A stretch of 64,000 bases of DNA from Lama glama (taxonomy: Eukaryota). Shown here one piece after another: positions 62,569 to 64,000 of the stretch. Each line of letters opens with the position of its first letter. Positions within the stretch are counted from its first letter, which is position 1. The notes under the pieces were generated by a model that saw only the letters and a list, made by a program, of their open reading frames with translations, ran no database searches and was not told where the DNA came from. The stretch is from positions 4,342,001-4,406,000 of the forward strand of contig CM052816.1 in assembly GCA_028534125.1 (NCBI GenBank), in the 5' to 3' direction. The translations under genes were made by a program, and so were the position numbers.

Positions 62569-62749
62569 TGTTACAGAATGAGCTGTGTTCCCCTAAAATG
62601 CAAATGCTGATGTCCTAAATTAGTATATCAGAATGTAACGGCATTTGCAGACAGGGACTTTAAGGAGGTAATTAAATTAAAATAAGGAGATTGGGGTGGG
62701 CCCTAACCCAATATGACTGATGTCCTTACAAGAAGAGGAGATTAAGGAC
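62569..62749 (+). mobile_element. MaLR LTR (MLT1A/B-like), 5' part, interrupted by an L1
   Basis: tgtgttcccctaaaat...cagaatgtaacggcatttgcagacagggactttaaggaggtaattaa...ggtgggccctaacccaatatgactgatgtccttacaagaagaggagatt. Confidence 0.85.
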
Positions 62750-64000
62750 TGCAGGCGGCTTGGACACGATGGAGGAGTAGGAAGACCCTGATCTTATGTC
62801 CTCTCATGGGCACAATGAAGTTACAACTATTTACAGAGCAACTATTGATGAGAAAGACCAGAATCTACCATAAAAGATCTCCAACAACTAAAGATACAAA
62901 GAAGGAACCGCACTGAGAAGGGTAAAAGGGGAGGAGCCACAGTATAGTCAAGACCCGTATACCTGGGGGGCAAACCACAAACAAGAGAATAATTACAATT
63001 GCAGAGGATGCCTCCAAGAAGTGAGGGGTCTGAGGGTCACACTGGATTCCCTAGCCCAGAGGTCCTGCACTGGGAAGGTAAGTCCCTGGAACATTTGGCT
63101 CTGAAGGCGAGCAGGGCTTACTTTCAGGAGACCCAGAGGGCTGTGGGAAACAGAAACTCTACTCTAAGGGCACACACAAAATCTCACAAGCTCTAGGACC
63201 CAGGGCGGAAGCAGCACTTTGAAAGGAGCCTGGGTCATATCCACCTGCTGAGCTTGAAGAAGTCTCCCAGGGAAGCAGGAGGTAACTGGAGCTCATCCTG
63301 GGGACAAGGACACCGGCAGCAGCCACTTGGAGGAGCTCATGCTACCAAAGGGACACAGGTGCTGGCGAGCACCATTTTGGAATCCTCATTCCAGCTTATT
63401 AGCCTCTGGACCCAGCCGCACCCCTACCCACCACCCTGCAGGCACCAGTACTGGCATGCCTCAGGCCAAATAACTAGCTGGCCAGGGACACAGGCCCACC
63501 CATCAGAAGGCAGGCTGCCTTACAACCCCCTGAGGGGAGGAGAGGGGAGGAGAGGAGATGGATATGGTCCTCTTCACCAGAGGACCCAGGACACAGCCTC
63601 AAGCATCAGTGTGCAGGCACTAGACTCAGGACTCACAAAGCGCTGCATCCAGAGACCCCGGGACACAGCTCTACCCATCACTGGGCAGGCACCAGACCCA
63701 AGACACCCTAGGCTCTGAAGTCTGACAAGGCAAGACCCAGATAACCCACCTGCAGGCCAGCACCAGCCCTGGGACCCACTGGGTCCTGACCAGGACCATC
63801 AGAAGGCCAACAACAGCTCTGAGACACCTCAGGTCCCTCAGTCAGCGGCTCTGGGATCTATCCCCATGTACCAGGTGGCCAGAACTACCTTTGGAACACC
63901 ACAAACCTTATAGTCAGCTGAGTCAGGACTGGCCCAACCCACCAGCAATCTGACACCAGCTCTGGGACCCCCAGGACCTGCACAAGAGACCCCAGTATGC
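62750..64000 (+). mobile_element. L1 5' UTR (element continues beyond the window)
   Basis: gatggaggagtaggaagaccctgatctt...acaactatttacagagcaact is an L1 5' terminus, followed by a GC-richer UTR with recurring cagctctgggaccc-like units at 63600-64000. Confidence 0.8.

Noticed and set aside
21723..63925. Scattered AP-1 heptamers (TGAGTCA/TGACTCA)
   Set aside because: About a dozen in 64 kb is not far above random expectation for a 7-mer on two strands, and they are not clustered.
1..64000. CRISPR arrays, operons, rRNA or other prokaryotic/viral systems
   Set aside because: No repeat-spacer arrays, gene-dense ORF structure or ERV internal coding regions; the content is typical mammalian intronic/intergenic DNA.

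Overview
Mammalian genomic DNA, probably camelid (inferred from tRNA-derived vic-1-type SINEs; no Alu, B1, Bov-tA, PRE-1 or SINEC seen). I could not identify any protein-coding exon, and the ORF track is explained by L1/Tigger remnants, a GAT-type trinucleotide repeat, an N-gap and GC-rich chance frames. The main functional landmark is a CpG island at about 48.4-50.65 kb. It carries a probable minus-strand first exon (donor GGG|GTGAGT at 49458/49457) with three AUG uORFs, so bases 1-49457 are probably a long first intron and bases above about 50.2 kb are promoter/upstream sequence. I cannot name the gene. The rest is mostly transposon fossils (L1, L2, MIR, CR1/L3, MaLR/ERVL LTRs, Tigger, hAT MERs), microsatellites and one 500-N gap. 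The most notable observations are: an internally deleted, possibly spliced L1 nested in a Tigger13-like element that keeps transposase remnants; a candidate 11-nt microexon at 25417-25427; the uORF-rich, possibly hybrid first/internal exon; and a cluster of ACGT-core motifs in the promoter. I found no convincing novel multi-gene system. Repeat family names come from recalled consensus similarity and need RepeatMasker/Dfam confirmation.
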